Source: an uncultured bacterium | Lineage (GTDB): Bacteria > Zixibacteria > MSB-5A5 > UBA10806 | DNA length: 64,000 nucleotides | Direction: 5' to 3' | Assembly: GCA_965541585.1 (NCBI GenBank) | Contig: CBEUCH010000001.1 | Location: 192,001 to 256,000, forward strand | In this document: positions 45,932 to 54,562 of the stretch, one piece after another | Layout: the number at the start of each line of letters is the position of its first letter | Position numbering within the stretch: the stretch's first letter is position 1 | Notes under the pieces: model-generated | Databases searched by the model: none | What the model was told of the DNA's origin: nothing | The model's input: the letters and a program-made list of their open reading frames with translations, nothing else | Translations under genes and position numbers: made by a program

Positions 45932-47377
45932 ATGGCTGATATCGAGAAAATAGTTGCTGCAGCCGTTGAGAAAGCGGAATCCCTCGGTTCCAGTTACGCC
46001 GATTGCCGGTATATAGAGATCGATGATGAATCTTTGTCGTTTTCGGACGGCTCGCCGGAATCGGTCAATAGATCGATCGATAAGGGATTCGGGATCAGGG
46101 TAATTGCCGACGGCGCTTGGGGTTTTTTTGGATCGTCCATATTATCGGAGAGTGAAGCTTCAAGGGCGGCGAAAAAGGCGGTGGAGATCGCCAAGGCATC
46201 CGCCCGCTTAAATGATGCCCCCGTGGAACTGACGACGGTCAGTTCATATACCGGCAGTTATGTATCTAACTTCAAAACCGATCCGTTCACAATAAGTCTG
46301 CCTGAGAAGATCGATTATCTGGAAAATATCGATCGGCTGATGGCGAAAAACGATCAGATAAATAGCCGCAGTTCGCATGTAGATTTCAGGAAGATCACCT
46401 CATATCTTATGTCAACGATCGGAACAAGAATCCACCAGACAATCATACAGACCGGTGCAGGGATTGAATTTGGTATCATGAAGTCGAGAAGGGAGCGTGC
46501 CTCCAGAAGCTACCCGCAAAACGGCGGTCAGTATGAATGCAAGGGATATGAACTTTTAGCTGAAATAGATTTCGAGAATAATATTCCTAAACTAACAGAT
46601 GAGGTCATCGCTCTTTTGGGCGCGCCGGACTGTCCTTCCACGACGACCTCGCTGATTCTGGAAGGGTCGGTTGTGGGGCTTGTTATTCACGAACTGATAG
46701 GGCATCCGTTGGAGCTGGACAGGGTATTCGGTTCGGAGCGGAATTTTTCGGGGACAAGTTTTGCCACGACAGATAAACTCGGGAATCTTCGATATGGCTC
46801 TTCTCTGATCAACGTGGTATCCGATCCGACTCACGCTTACGGGCTGGGATCATTCGGCTATGACGATGAAGGGGCAAAATCCCATAGGGTTAGCCTGATA
46901 AAGGACGGTACTCTGATGGGCTACCTGTCGTCGAGGGAGACGGCGGCAAGAATCGGGAGACAATCATCGGGAGCCATGCGCGCCGACGGATGGGGAAATA
47001 TCCCGTTAGTGAGAATGACAAACATTAATCTCGAGGCGGGTGATAAGTCTTTCGATGATCTATTATCGATGGTGGACGACGGTATTTACATGTCAACCAT
47101 CTCCTCCTGGTCGCCGTCGGACGACCGTTCCAGCTTCGAGTTCGGCAGCGAAATCGCCCGGGAGATCAAAGGCGGAAAACTCGGCCAGATACTGAAAAAT
47201 CCGACGTTCTCCGGGCGAACTGTGGATTTTTGGAATTCGGTCGAGGCAATCGGGGACGAATCGCTCTGGAAGGTCTGGGGAACCCCGAACTGCGGCAAGG
47301 GTCAGCCGGGGCAGAATGCCCGGACGGGTCAGGGAGCATCGCCCATTCTGGTTTCAAAAGTTAAGGTGGGTGCCTGA
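45932..47377 (+). CDS. tldD: TldD metalloprotease subunit
   Basis: GFGIRVI..GAWGF, HELIGH.LELDR (HExxxH), YDDEG, RMTN, CGKGQP. Confidence 0.9.
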   Translation: MADIEKIVAAAVEKAESLGSSYADCRYIEIDDESLSFSDGSPESVNRSIDKGFGIRVIADGAWGFFGSSILSESEASRAAKKAVEIAKASARLNDAPVELTTVSSYTGSYVSNFKTDPFTISLPEKIDYLENIDRLMAKNDQINSRSSHVDFRKITSYLMSTIGTRIHQTIIQTGAGIEFGIMKSRRERASRSYPQNGGQYECKGYELLAEIDFENNIPKLTDEVIALLGAPDCPSTTTSLILEGSVVGLVIHELIGHPLELDRVFGSERNFSGTSFATTDKLGNLRYGSSLINVVSDPTHAYGLGSFGYDDEGAKSHRVSLIKDGTLMGYLSSRETAARIGRQSSGAMRADGWGNIPLVRMTNINLEAGDKSFDDLLSMVDDGIYMSTISSWSPSDDRSSFEFGSEIAREIKGGKLGQILKNPTFSGRTVDFWNSVEAIGDESLWKVWGTPNCGKGQPGQNARTGQGASPILVSKVKVGA

Positions 47378-48705
47378 TGATGGACGAGAAGATCATCGAG
47401 ACCTTTAAAGGCGCCATTAAGAGTTCTGCTGCAGATCAAACCGAACTGGTATGCGAATCGGAGGAATTCTACCTTACCCGGTTCGCGGAGAATCTGATTC
47501 ATCAGAATATGGGGCGCTCTGATTCTACTATATGGTGCCGTGCCATATTCGGGAAAAGAATCGGAGTTGCCCGCTCCAACGATCCCGGCCGGGAGAGTGT
47601 TTCACAGCTGATCAAAGTTGCTTCCGATATCGCTTTAAATCAAAATGAGGATCCCAAATTCGAAACGCTTGTCGGATCGCCCGATAGCGTGAGTTCATTC
47701 GGTTTTTATGCCAATACCGGGGAATTCCCTGCTGTCCGCAGGGCGGAGGCTGTCGCCGAGATTGTGGGTCGTGCAAAATCGAACAACCTCACCTGCGCCG
47801 GCACCTACCAGACGTCAGCCACGTCACTGGCGGTTGTGAATTCCCTGGGCACTGAGAAATTTGCCCGGAATACCGAATACAGGTTCACCCTGACTGCCGC
47901 GGCCCCCAATGGCAAATCCGGATGGGCTCAGGCGGCGGGGCGTGACGTCGATCGGTTTGACTTCAGGTCGGTTTCACAGCGCGCTCTCGATAAGGCCGCC
48001 TTCGAGGGTGACCCGGTTGAGTTGGAGTCGGGGCAATATACCGTGATACTCGAGCCCGACGCGGTGGCGAATTTTCTTCTGTTTCTGGCCTTCCTTGGTT
48101 TCGGCGGGAAGACGCTTTTTCAGCATCGCAGTTTCATGAGCGGCAGGATCGGGGAGAAGATTACGGGAGATAACATAACCATCAGCGAGGATCCCTTTCA
48201 TCCGGCAATTGAATACATGCCTTTCGATTATGAAGGTGTCCCCAAAAGAAAAATCGGCATAATCGAAAATGGCGTGGCAAAGGCGGGCGTGTATAACAGC
48301 TACTACGCGCAGCTTGCGGGAACCGAATCTACGGGCCATGCGCTGCCGCCGGATAACAGCTACGGGCCCTATCCCAAGGCAATGGTTCTGGGGGCCGGCG
48401 ATAAAAGCGTCGATGAGATGATCGCATCGACACAATCAGGCATATATATAACCCGCTTCTGGTATTTGAATTTTCTCAATCCCATGGAAACTTTAGTAAC
48501 CGGCTATACCCGCGATGGGACGTTCCTGATAGAAAACGGCAGGATTACAAAGCCTGTGGTCGATATGCGGATTCAGCAATCCATGCTGGAGGCATTCTCC
48601 AATGCGGAGATGATCTCGACCGAACAGAGGTTGATTCCGCAGTATGGCGCATTGATGCTGATTCCGTTTATGAAGATAAACAATTTCAATCTGAGCGTGA
48701 CCTGA
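47377..48705 (+). CDS. TldE/PmbA-family subunit
   Basis: TRFA.N.IHQN, G.YTVILEP.AV, PFD.EG.P, STGHA, TG.TRDG.FLIENG.I; lacks HExxxH; coupled to tldD. Confidence 0.88.
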   Translation: MMDEKIIETFKGAIKSSAADQTELVCESEEFYLTRFAENLIHQNMGRSDSTIWCRAIFGKRIGVARSNDPGRESVSQLIKVASDIALNQNEDPKFETLVGSPDSVSSFGFYANTGEFPAVRRAEAVAEIVGRAKSNNLTCAGTYQTSATSLAVVNSLGTEKFARNTEYRFTLTAAAPNGKSGWAQAAGRDVDRFDFRSVSQRALDKAAFEGDPVELESGQYTVILEPDAVANFLLFLAFLGFGGKTLFQHRSFMSGRIGEKITGDNITISEDPFHPAIEYMPFDYEGVPKRKIGIIENGVAKAGVYNSYYAQLAGTESTGHALPPDNSYGPYPKAMVLGAGDKSVDEMIASTQSGIYITRFWYLNFLNPMETLVTGYTRDGTFLIENGRITKPVVDMRIQQSMLEAFSNAEMISTEQRLIPQYGALMLIPFMKINNFNLSVT

Positions 48706-48708
48706 ATC

Positions 48709-49332
48709 ATGAAGACAACTCTCATTCTGGCCAATGTGGTAATTCTCTGCAGTTACCCGGCAGTCCAGTCGTTCAGCGGCGTATCGGCGGGAATGGCTAT
48801 AGAGTATAATCCTATAGCGAAATTGAGTTACCCCAACAGTGGTGGCGCCGAGTATGAGATCGTGGACAATGTAGCATGGGAACCGGGTGTTTATTACGAT
48901 TTTGCCACAGGATTTAGAACGGGCACGTTTTTGAATATTTACGGCAAAACTTACGATCCTGGCGGTACGGTTACGAAATCCAGGCTGTCGTCCTGGGGAA
49001 TCGGCCTGCTGGGAGACTACGCTCATGAATTGACGGAATCGGGCAGAACGCTTCTGATAAGCGGCATGGAGATTGGCTACGGTGAGTTTACTGATGACAA
49101 TATAAATTCTAAACGTTCAAGCGGTTCGATATGGATAGCCGGCATCGGTGGCCTGAGGTATTATTTCACTCCCGGTCTGTCAATGGAAGTTGATTACCGA
49201 GTTAAATGGCACCAGTACGACCTGACGGGTACGCCGGCCAAAACCTATGATTTTTCCGGTTCGACTATAAGAATATCAGTGGGCTATGGCTTCTACTCCT
49301 CGGAGGGGAAAGGGGATAATTCGAAACCATGA
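48709..49332 (+). CDS. small outer-membrane beta-barrel protein
   Basis: Signal peptide, alternating beta-strands (GGLRYYF, LSMEVDYRV, IRISVGYGF). Confidence 0.7.
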   Translation: MKTTLILANVVILCSYPAVQSFSGVSAGMAIEYNPIAKLSYPNSGGAEYEIVDNVAWEPGVYYDFATGFRTGTFLNIYGKTYDPGGTVTKSRLSSWGIGLLGDYAHELTESGRTLLISGMEIGYGEFTDDNINSKRSSGSIWIAGIGGLRYYFTPGLSMEVDYRVKWHQYDLTGTPAKTYDFSGSTIRISVGYGFYSSEGKGDNSKP

Positions 49333-49556
49333 GGAGACGTCAATTTTTAGAGACTACGGCTCTGATGACAGCCGCATTCTGGGCGGGAGGATTTGTAGAT
49401 CCGGTCAACTCGCAGAATTCATTCGGGAATCTCGATGGCAACCATGATGGTCATAGGTATATCAGGCCTCGCATGTCCGGCGGAAGATGCCATGACCATC
49501 GACTCATGAGCGATGGTTTCCCGGCTCCATCCGAGAGGGAAATATTTGGCCTCTGA
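49329..49556 (+). CDS. 75-aa peptide with twin-arginine (Tat)-like signal
   Basis: MRRRQFLETTALMTAAFWAGG; ATGA overlap with the upstream gene and overlap with the prmC start. Confidence 0.5.
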   Translation: MRRRQFLETTALMTAAFWAGGFVDPVNSQNSFGNLDGNHDGHRYIRPRMSGGRCHDHRLMSDGFPAPSEREIFGL

Positions 49557-50430
49557 GGATGATCTGGATCTCGACGCGCTTCTACGATGGGGTAAGGATC
49601 GCCTTAAAACCGCCGGGATCGATGACTATGAAGTTTCTGCAGAAATAATATTAAGAGATATTATAAATCTCAGCCGCTCGGAATTAATCTTACAGTCGAA
49701 TAGAAGAATCACATCCGATCAGATTGACAGATATAAAAGCCTTATTGAGAAGCGGTCGAAACGCGTTCCGCTGCAATATCTGATTGAATTTGTCGAATTT
49801 TATAATGTCAGGATCAAATGCGATCGGAGAGCATTGATACCCCGACCGGAGACAGAAATCTTAGTCGAGAATGTGATTAAGCAGCTGAAAGATATAGAAT
49901 CACCATCTGTTCTCGATATCGGCACCGGCTCGGGGAATATCGCCATTTCGCTGGCTAAGAATATCGGAGATTCAAGGGTGACCGGGATAGATATTAGTGA
50001 GGAAGCATTAGAACTTGCCAGATCCAATGCCGGGTTAAATGATATACGGGGCAGGCTGAATTTGTTGGCAGGTGATATTAGAGATAAGAACTTTGTAGAA
50101 TCTCTGGGCCGATTCGATTGCGTGGTCTCTAATCCACCGTATATATCGGAGGATGAAATCGACAGGCTTCAACCGGAGGTAGTTGAGTTCGAACCGAGAA
50201 GGGCTCTGGTAAGCCCGGGAGACCCATCAGGATTCTTCAAAGTGATATTAGAGTTTATACCTGATATTCTCCGGCCGGGAGGGCTCCTGGCCTTTGAGGT
50301 TGGCCTGGGGCAGGCCGATGAAGTCGGAGATCTGATGTCAGGAGAGTTTGATGGGATCGAGCTTTTCAGGGATCTGGCGGGCATAAATCGGGTGGTCACA
50401 GGAAAATATGTCGAGCGCCAAAAGGCTTAG
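49546..50430 (+). CDS. prmC: release factor glutamine methyltransferase
   Basis: PLQYL, LIPRPETE.LV, LDIGTGSGNIAI, VSNPPYI, EP..AL, FEVG..QA, DLAG..RV; TTG start after GAGGG. Confidence 0.95.
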   Translation: MASEDDLDLDALLRWGKDRLKTAGIDDYEVSAEIILRDIINLSRSELILQSNRRITSDQIDRYKSLIEKRSKRVPLQYLIEFVEFYNVRIKCDRRALIPRPETEILVENVIKQLKDIESPSVLDIGTGSGNIAISLAKNIGDSRVTGIDISEEALELARSNAGLNDIRGRLNLLAGDIRDKNFVESLGRFDCVVSNPPYISEDEIDRLQPEVVEFEPRRALVSPGDPSGFFKVILEFIPDILRPGGLLAFEVGLGQADEVGDLMSGEFDGIELFRDLAGINRVVTGKYVERQKA

Positions 50431-50601
50431 GTGCTAAGTGTTCATTCAGGCCTTTTCCGGAGATCTGAATAGGTTGAATCCCGGGGGTGAGGATCGCTCA
50501 ATCTCTAATGTTTATGAAGCCCTGGCTGCAGCGAGAATCTTTTATAATCGACTCGTTTTTTTGAAGTTCTTGGAATACAAAGATCGAGAAGAGGCACGGC
50601 A

Positions 50602-52740
50602 GTGAAGAAAAACAAGCCCACAAAAGAAATCCTCTTTCTGATATCAATTCTGATAGTTGGAGCGATATCTGCCAGGACGTTTCTCTATACCGGACTCCCT
50701 GTTGTGGCTGACGCCCTGGCTCATCAAGGCCGTTCGATCATAGCTTACCAGGAATTATTCAACCAGATGAGATTTCCCACCTGGTCTTTCTTTTACTATT
50801 GTGGCTACCCGTTCCTGAGATTTTATGCACCGCTTTATTATTTACTGACATCGCTACTCGCTTTCTTTGCAGGAGGAAACGTATACCTGGGAAACAAGAT
50901 CTGCCTTTTTACGCTCCATATTGCCTCGGGTTTTTCAATGTATTATCTGGGGAAAGAGCTTTTCTCTTCTCGCAAGGCGGCATTCATCGGGGCTGTATCC
51001 TATCTGTTTATTTTCTGGCATCTATTTCAGGTCGTCGCTATGGCCAGATATCCGGCCGCTCTGTTTTTTACAGAGTTTCCCCTTCTGATGCTGTTCACAA
51101 TCAGGCTTTTCCGGTATGAACGCAGCAGGGATTTGATATTGCTGGCCATTACATGGGGCTTGTTGCTTATTTCGCATCATGGTTATGCACATTTTTCGAT
51201 ATATTTTTTTGTGTTGCTCGCCGGATTTCATTTTTCAGTCAAAAGGTGGCGGAGACATCTTATTGTAGCAGGTATAGCCTTTTTGGGCGGGGTCGGGATT
51301 GCCGCATTTTCCGTAATTCCACTGGTTTTTGAATGGTCTGCATACAAGATGACAGCCGGCTCTTTATACACGACATATAGTCCAATGGTAAAGACTCTGG
51401 TCGAGAGAAAGATCGGCATGCCCCGGTACTGGGGCAGCGGTTCCTATCTTGGCATTTCGATTCTGGGCCTGGCCATTTTCGGCGGCATTTCGGGGATAAT
51501 CCGGAAAAATAAGGTCGTGATCTTCTGCCTGGTCTATCTGGGGATCTCGACATTAATGACCTTCAATTTTAAACCTCTAACGGGGATAATACCATTCTAT
51601 GCCGAGTTCAGCGGGCTTCGGCATCTCTCTTTTATGATTCTGCCGATCTGTCTATTGGCAGCATCCGGCTTTCTTGCCATAAGCGAGTTGGTAAAGAAAA
51701 GCCGGGTGATTTTTCTGATCTGTATCGTAGCGATTCTGGCAGACACTATTCCCTTTACTTTTCATAACTATTACAAGCCTGTAAAAGAGGTCTTATTTGG
51801 TAGATATCAGACTTATATGAATATAAGAAAGCGACCAGGCGGCAATCGTATTTTAGACGTGGGGAATCCGGTTGACGCCCCGTATGATCCCGGGCGGACA
51901 TATCGTTATCCCCTGGCAGGCATGATTTACAGCGGGCGAGCCGGCGTGTTCGGCCCATTTCCTCAATTCGCGCCAAGATCAAGTATGTATACATACAACT
52001 GGGTTAACGACCTTGTTCTGGACATCGTTGACCCGGGACGCGATTCTCTTTTAGAAAGCTCGAAGAAAGTTATAAAACTCTTGGATATAGATTATATCAT
52101 AAGGGCCCCCGGTCGAAATGAATCGAGGCCTGGAAAATACAGGCCGAGTTTTAAGAAAGATATCTCCTGGACGGGGACTTCATCAAGAAAGGGTGTGTTA
52201 CCGGTATTTCTGGGGTCCACCAATCAGAAGAACAGAGTGATTTTTTCAAGCGTTGCCAGGAAATGGCCCTTTTCCGATGAGAGGAAAGAAGGTGTATATA
52301 AGGTGGCGGATGACTACCAGCAGCTTCTGGACCGGTATAACATAGGGGGAGACTACAAGGCGGACACGCTATGGGTGAGAACAGAAACAGACAATACGTT
52401 TCCTGCTGCAAATCTGGAGGTTACGACTCTAGGATTCAAACTGGAAAACCAAAAAGTGGAGGTAAAACTTTCATCTACAGGGGATTGTTACATACGGCTT
52501 CCATTTAGCTACTATGATGATCTTCAGGCTACGATAAACGGTACAGAATCTCGAATATTCCCCACGGCCGACTACTTTGTTGGAATGAGGATTCCCAGAG
52601 GGACAAGCCGGATAGTTTTAACCCCGCAAATCTCTATTTTGCGGAAGGCCTGCAACCTTATTAGCATTGCGTCGCTTGTGCTGTTGACAACCTTGCTGGT
52701 GCTGCCGCGTAAACGAGTCCGGTGGCTGAAGCTGATTTAG
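50602..52740 (+). CDS. multi-pass GT-C-like membrane protein (PTPS-related/YfhO-like)
   Basis: D...H, PTW...YYCGYPFLRFYAPLYY, SYLG, many TM helices, C-terminal SYY..L.A.ING...G..IP.G...I.L plus terminal TM. Confidence 0.7.
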   Translation: MKKNKPTKEILFLISILIVGAISARTFLYTGLPVVADALAHQGRSIIAYQELFNQMRFPTWSFFYYCGYPFLRFYAPLYYLLTSLLAFFAGGNVYLGNKICLFTLHIASGFSMYYLGKELFSSRKAAFIGAVSYLFIFWHLFQVVAMARYPAALFFTEFPLLMLFTIRLFRYERSRDLILLAITWGLLLISHHGYAHFSIYFFVLLAGFHFSVKRWRRHLIVAGIAFLGGVGIAAFSVIPLVFEWSAYKMTAGSLYTTYSPMVKTLVERKIGMPRYWGSGSYLGISILGLAIFGGISGIIRKNKVVIFCLVYLGISTLMTFNFKPLTGIIPFYAEFSGLRHLSFMILPICLLAASGFLAISELVKKSRVIFLICIVAILADTIPFTFHNYYKPVKEVLFGRYQTYMNIRKRPGGNRILDVGNPVDAPYDPGRTYRYPLAGMIYSGRAGVFGPFPQFAPRSSMYTYNWVNDLVLDIVDPGRDSLLESSKKVIKLLDIDYIIRAPGRNESRPGKYRPSFKKDISWTGTSSRKGVLPVFLGSTNQKNRVIFSSVARKWPFSDERKEGVYKVADDYQQLLDRYNIGGDYKADTLWVRTETDNTFPAANLEVTTLGFKLENQKVEVKLSSTGDCYIRLPFSYYDDLQATINGTESRIFPTADYFVGMRIPRGTSRIVLTPQISILRKACNLISIASLVLLTTLLVLPRKRVRWLKLI

Positions 52741-52815
52741 AGAATTACACTTAAAGCAGATATACGTTCATCTGAATTTTTTCCAGGGTTCTTCGAAGTC
52801 GTTTGATCCTGAGCG

Positions 52816-53253
52816 TCAGGATCGTTCGGTGAGTCTTCTGATAGCCTTTACAACCTGATCCTCGGGCGAGAGGAAAATACAGCTTTGATCGCCCGTGTAT
52901 TCCCGGATGTCTTTCAGACCTTCGAGATTGAAAGGATCAGCGACAGCTAAATGTGTCGTATCCTTAACCTTGAAAGCCGGGACTATCCGATGGGTCATGG
53001 CCAGATCCGTCGGGACCAGACTGGCCACCTTGGGATTAATAACGATATCATCGAGGTTGACTGCTGAAAGTCCGAAGTGTTCATGGAAAAACGACTGGGC
53101 CTGGACGGATGACATGCCGGTATAATTGGCCAGCACCTTTAGAATATCTATCTTGCGTGCCCGGCACGTTATGATGACCTGGGAGAGAATCGGTCGGGAG
53201 ATTACCCCGGTCTCTAGCATTTTTTTGATTATATGGACTCTATCGAATAACAT
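52816..53253 (-). CDS. stand-alone GspE/PilB N-terminal (T2SSE_N/MshEN-like) domain protein
   Basis: FGL..VNL.D..I.P.V..LVP..LA..H..VP......HLAVADPFN...L.DI...TG; no ATPase domain. Confidence 0.75.
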   Translation of the reverse strand: MLFDRVHIIKKMLETGVISRPILSQVIITCRARKIDILKVLANYTGMSSVQAQSFFHEHFGLSAVNLDDIVINPKVASLVPTDLAMTHRIVPAFKVKDTTHLAVADPFNLEGLKDIREYTGDQSCIFLSPEDQVVKAIRRLTERS

Positions 53254-53579
53254 ATCATTAAACCTCTGAATTACTTATCGAATATCGCCCCATTCTATAT
53301 TTGCCGGAACACGCAAAATACCCCGATAATTCCGGAGGGCGTTTAATAGCGCAACGGGTTTGGTCTCAATTTGAGCGAACGAACACGTCCGTATATTGGC
53401 GAAAAGGGCTTACACATTAAGAACGAGATCCATAGCTTAAAAAACTTAAGATTTGTTGAAAATAGTGGATCTTTTCCGATTTTTTATGTATTTTGCGAAC
53501 TTTGAAAATTGACGGCAGTATAAATCCGTCTGAATGTTGAATTTGAGTTGGAAAATAAATAGAAGATGAGGGATTTTGC

Positions 53580-54548
53580 ATGGTTGACGCCAGTGAATTA
53601 TGTATGAATTATGGGCCTGTGGTTGCCGTATTGAACGCTTCATTTGGGGCTGTTAAAGGAGAAGTGCTGGGGCTTCTGGGTCCTAACGGCGCCGGGAAAA
53701 CCACTATCATGAAGATCCTGACAACGCAGATCGTGCCGACATCGGGGAAGGCGAAGGTCGCCGGATTCGACATATTGATAGATGCTGTCGAGGTTCGCCG
53801 GCGAGTCGGTTATCTTCCCGAAATCCCGCCGCTTTATCCTGAAATGGAGGTTGCAGAGTATCTCGATTTCGTCGGGAAAGCCCGCGGGCTGACATCGACT
53901 GCACTTAAAAGAAGAGTTGATTATGTGACTAATGTTTGCGGCTTGAGGGAGGTATACAGGACCACCGTGGGGACTCTCTCCAGAGGCTACGCCCAGCGGA
54001 CCGGCCTGGCGCAGGCTTTGATCCACGACCCGGAGATCCTGATACTCGATGAGCCGACATCGGGATTGGATCCAATCCAGATCGTGGAGATCAGGAATCT
54101 CGTGAAATCATTAGCCCATGAGAAAACCGTCATCTTCTCGACTCATATATTGCAGGAGGTGGAGGCTATTTCCGACCGGGTCGTGATTATCACCGAGGGG
54201 GTTATCGTAGCTGACGGCACTATCGCGGAACTTCAATCGAAGGTGCTTCAGAAACAGAGATTTATACTTATAATTGGGGCATCGCAGACGGATCTCAAGG
54301 GCGCCCTGGATAGATTGTCGGGAGAACTGGCTCTGGATTACAGCGTCACCGAAGAGGACGGTTATTCGAAAGCCACTATCGAGACCGATGGTGGGATAAA
54401 TGCCTGGCAGGCACTGACAAACATGGTTCACAAAAATGGCTGGCCGGTCAGGCAGTTTACCTCTGAAAAGACCTCCCTGGAAGAGGCATTCCGCTATTAC
54501 GTGAAAAAGGGCTCTGTCAAAAGTACGGCTGAAGGAAAAGCCGCTTAG
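53580..54548 (+). CDS. ABC transporter ATP-binding protein (GldA-like)
   Basis: GLLGPNGAGKTT, VGYLPE.PPLYPEM.V.EYL, LSRGY.QR.GLAQALIHDP, LDEPTSGLDP.Q, STHIL.EVE. Confidence 0.92.
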   Translation: MVDASELCMNYGPVVAVLNASFGAVKGEVLGLLGPNGAGKTTIMKILTTQIVPTSGKAKVAGFDILIDAVEVRRRVGYLPEIPPLYPEMEVAEYLDFVGKARGLTSTALKRRVDYVTNVCGLREVYRTTVGTLSRGYAQRTGLAQALIHDPEILILDEPTSGLDPIQIVEIRNLVKSLAHEKTVIFSTHILQEVEAISDRVVIITEGVIVADGTIAELQSKVLQKQRFILIIGASQTDLKGALDRLSGELALDYSVTEEDGYSKATIETDGGINAWQALTNMVHKNGWPVRQFTSEKTSLEEAFRYYVKKGSVKSTAEGKAA

Positions 54549-54562
54549 GAGGGTTGCTGCAG

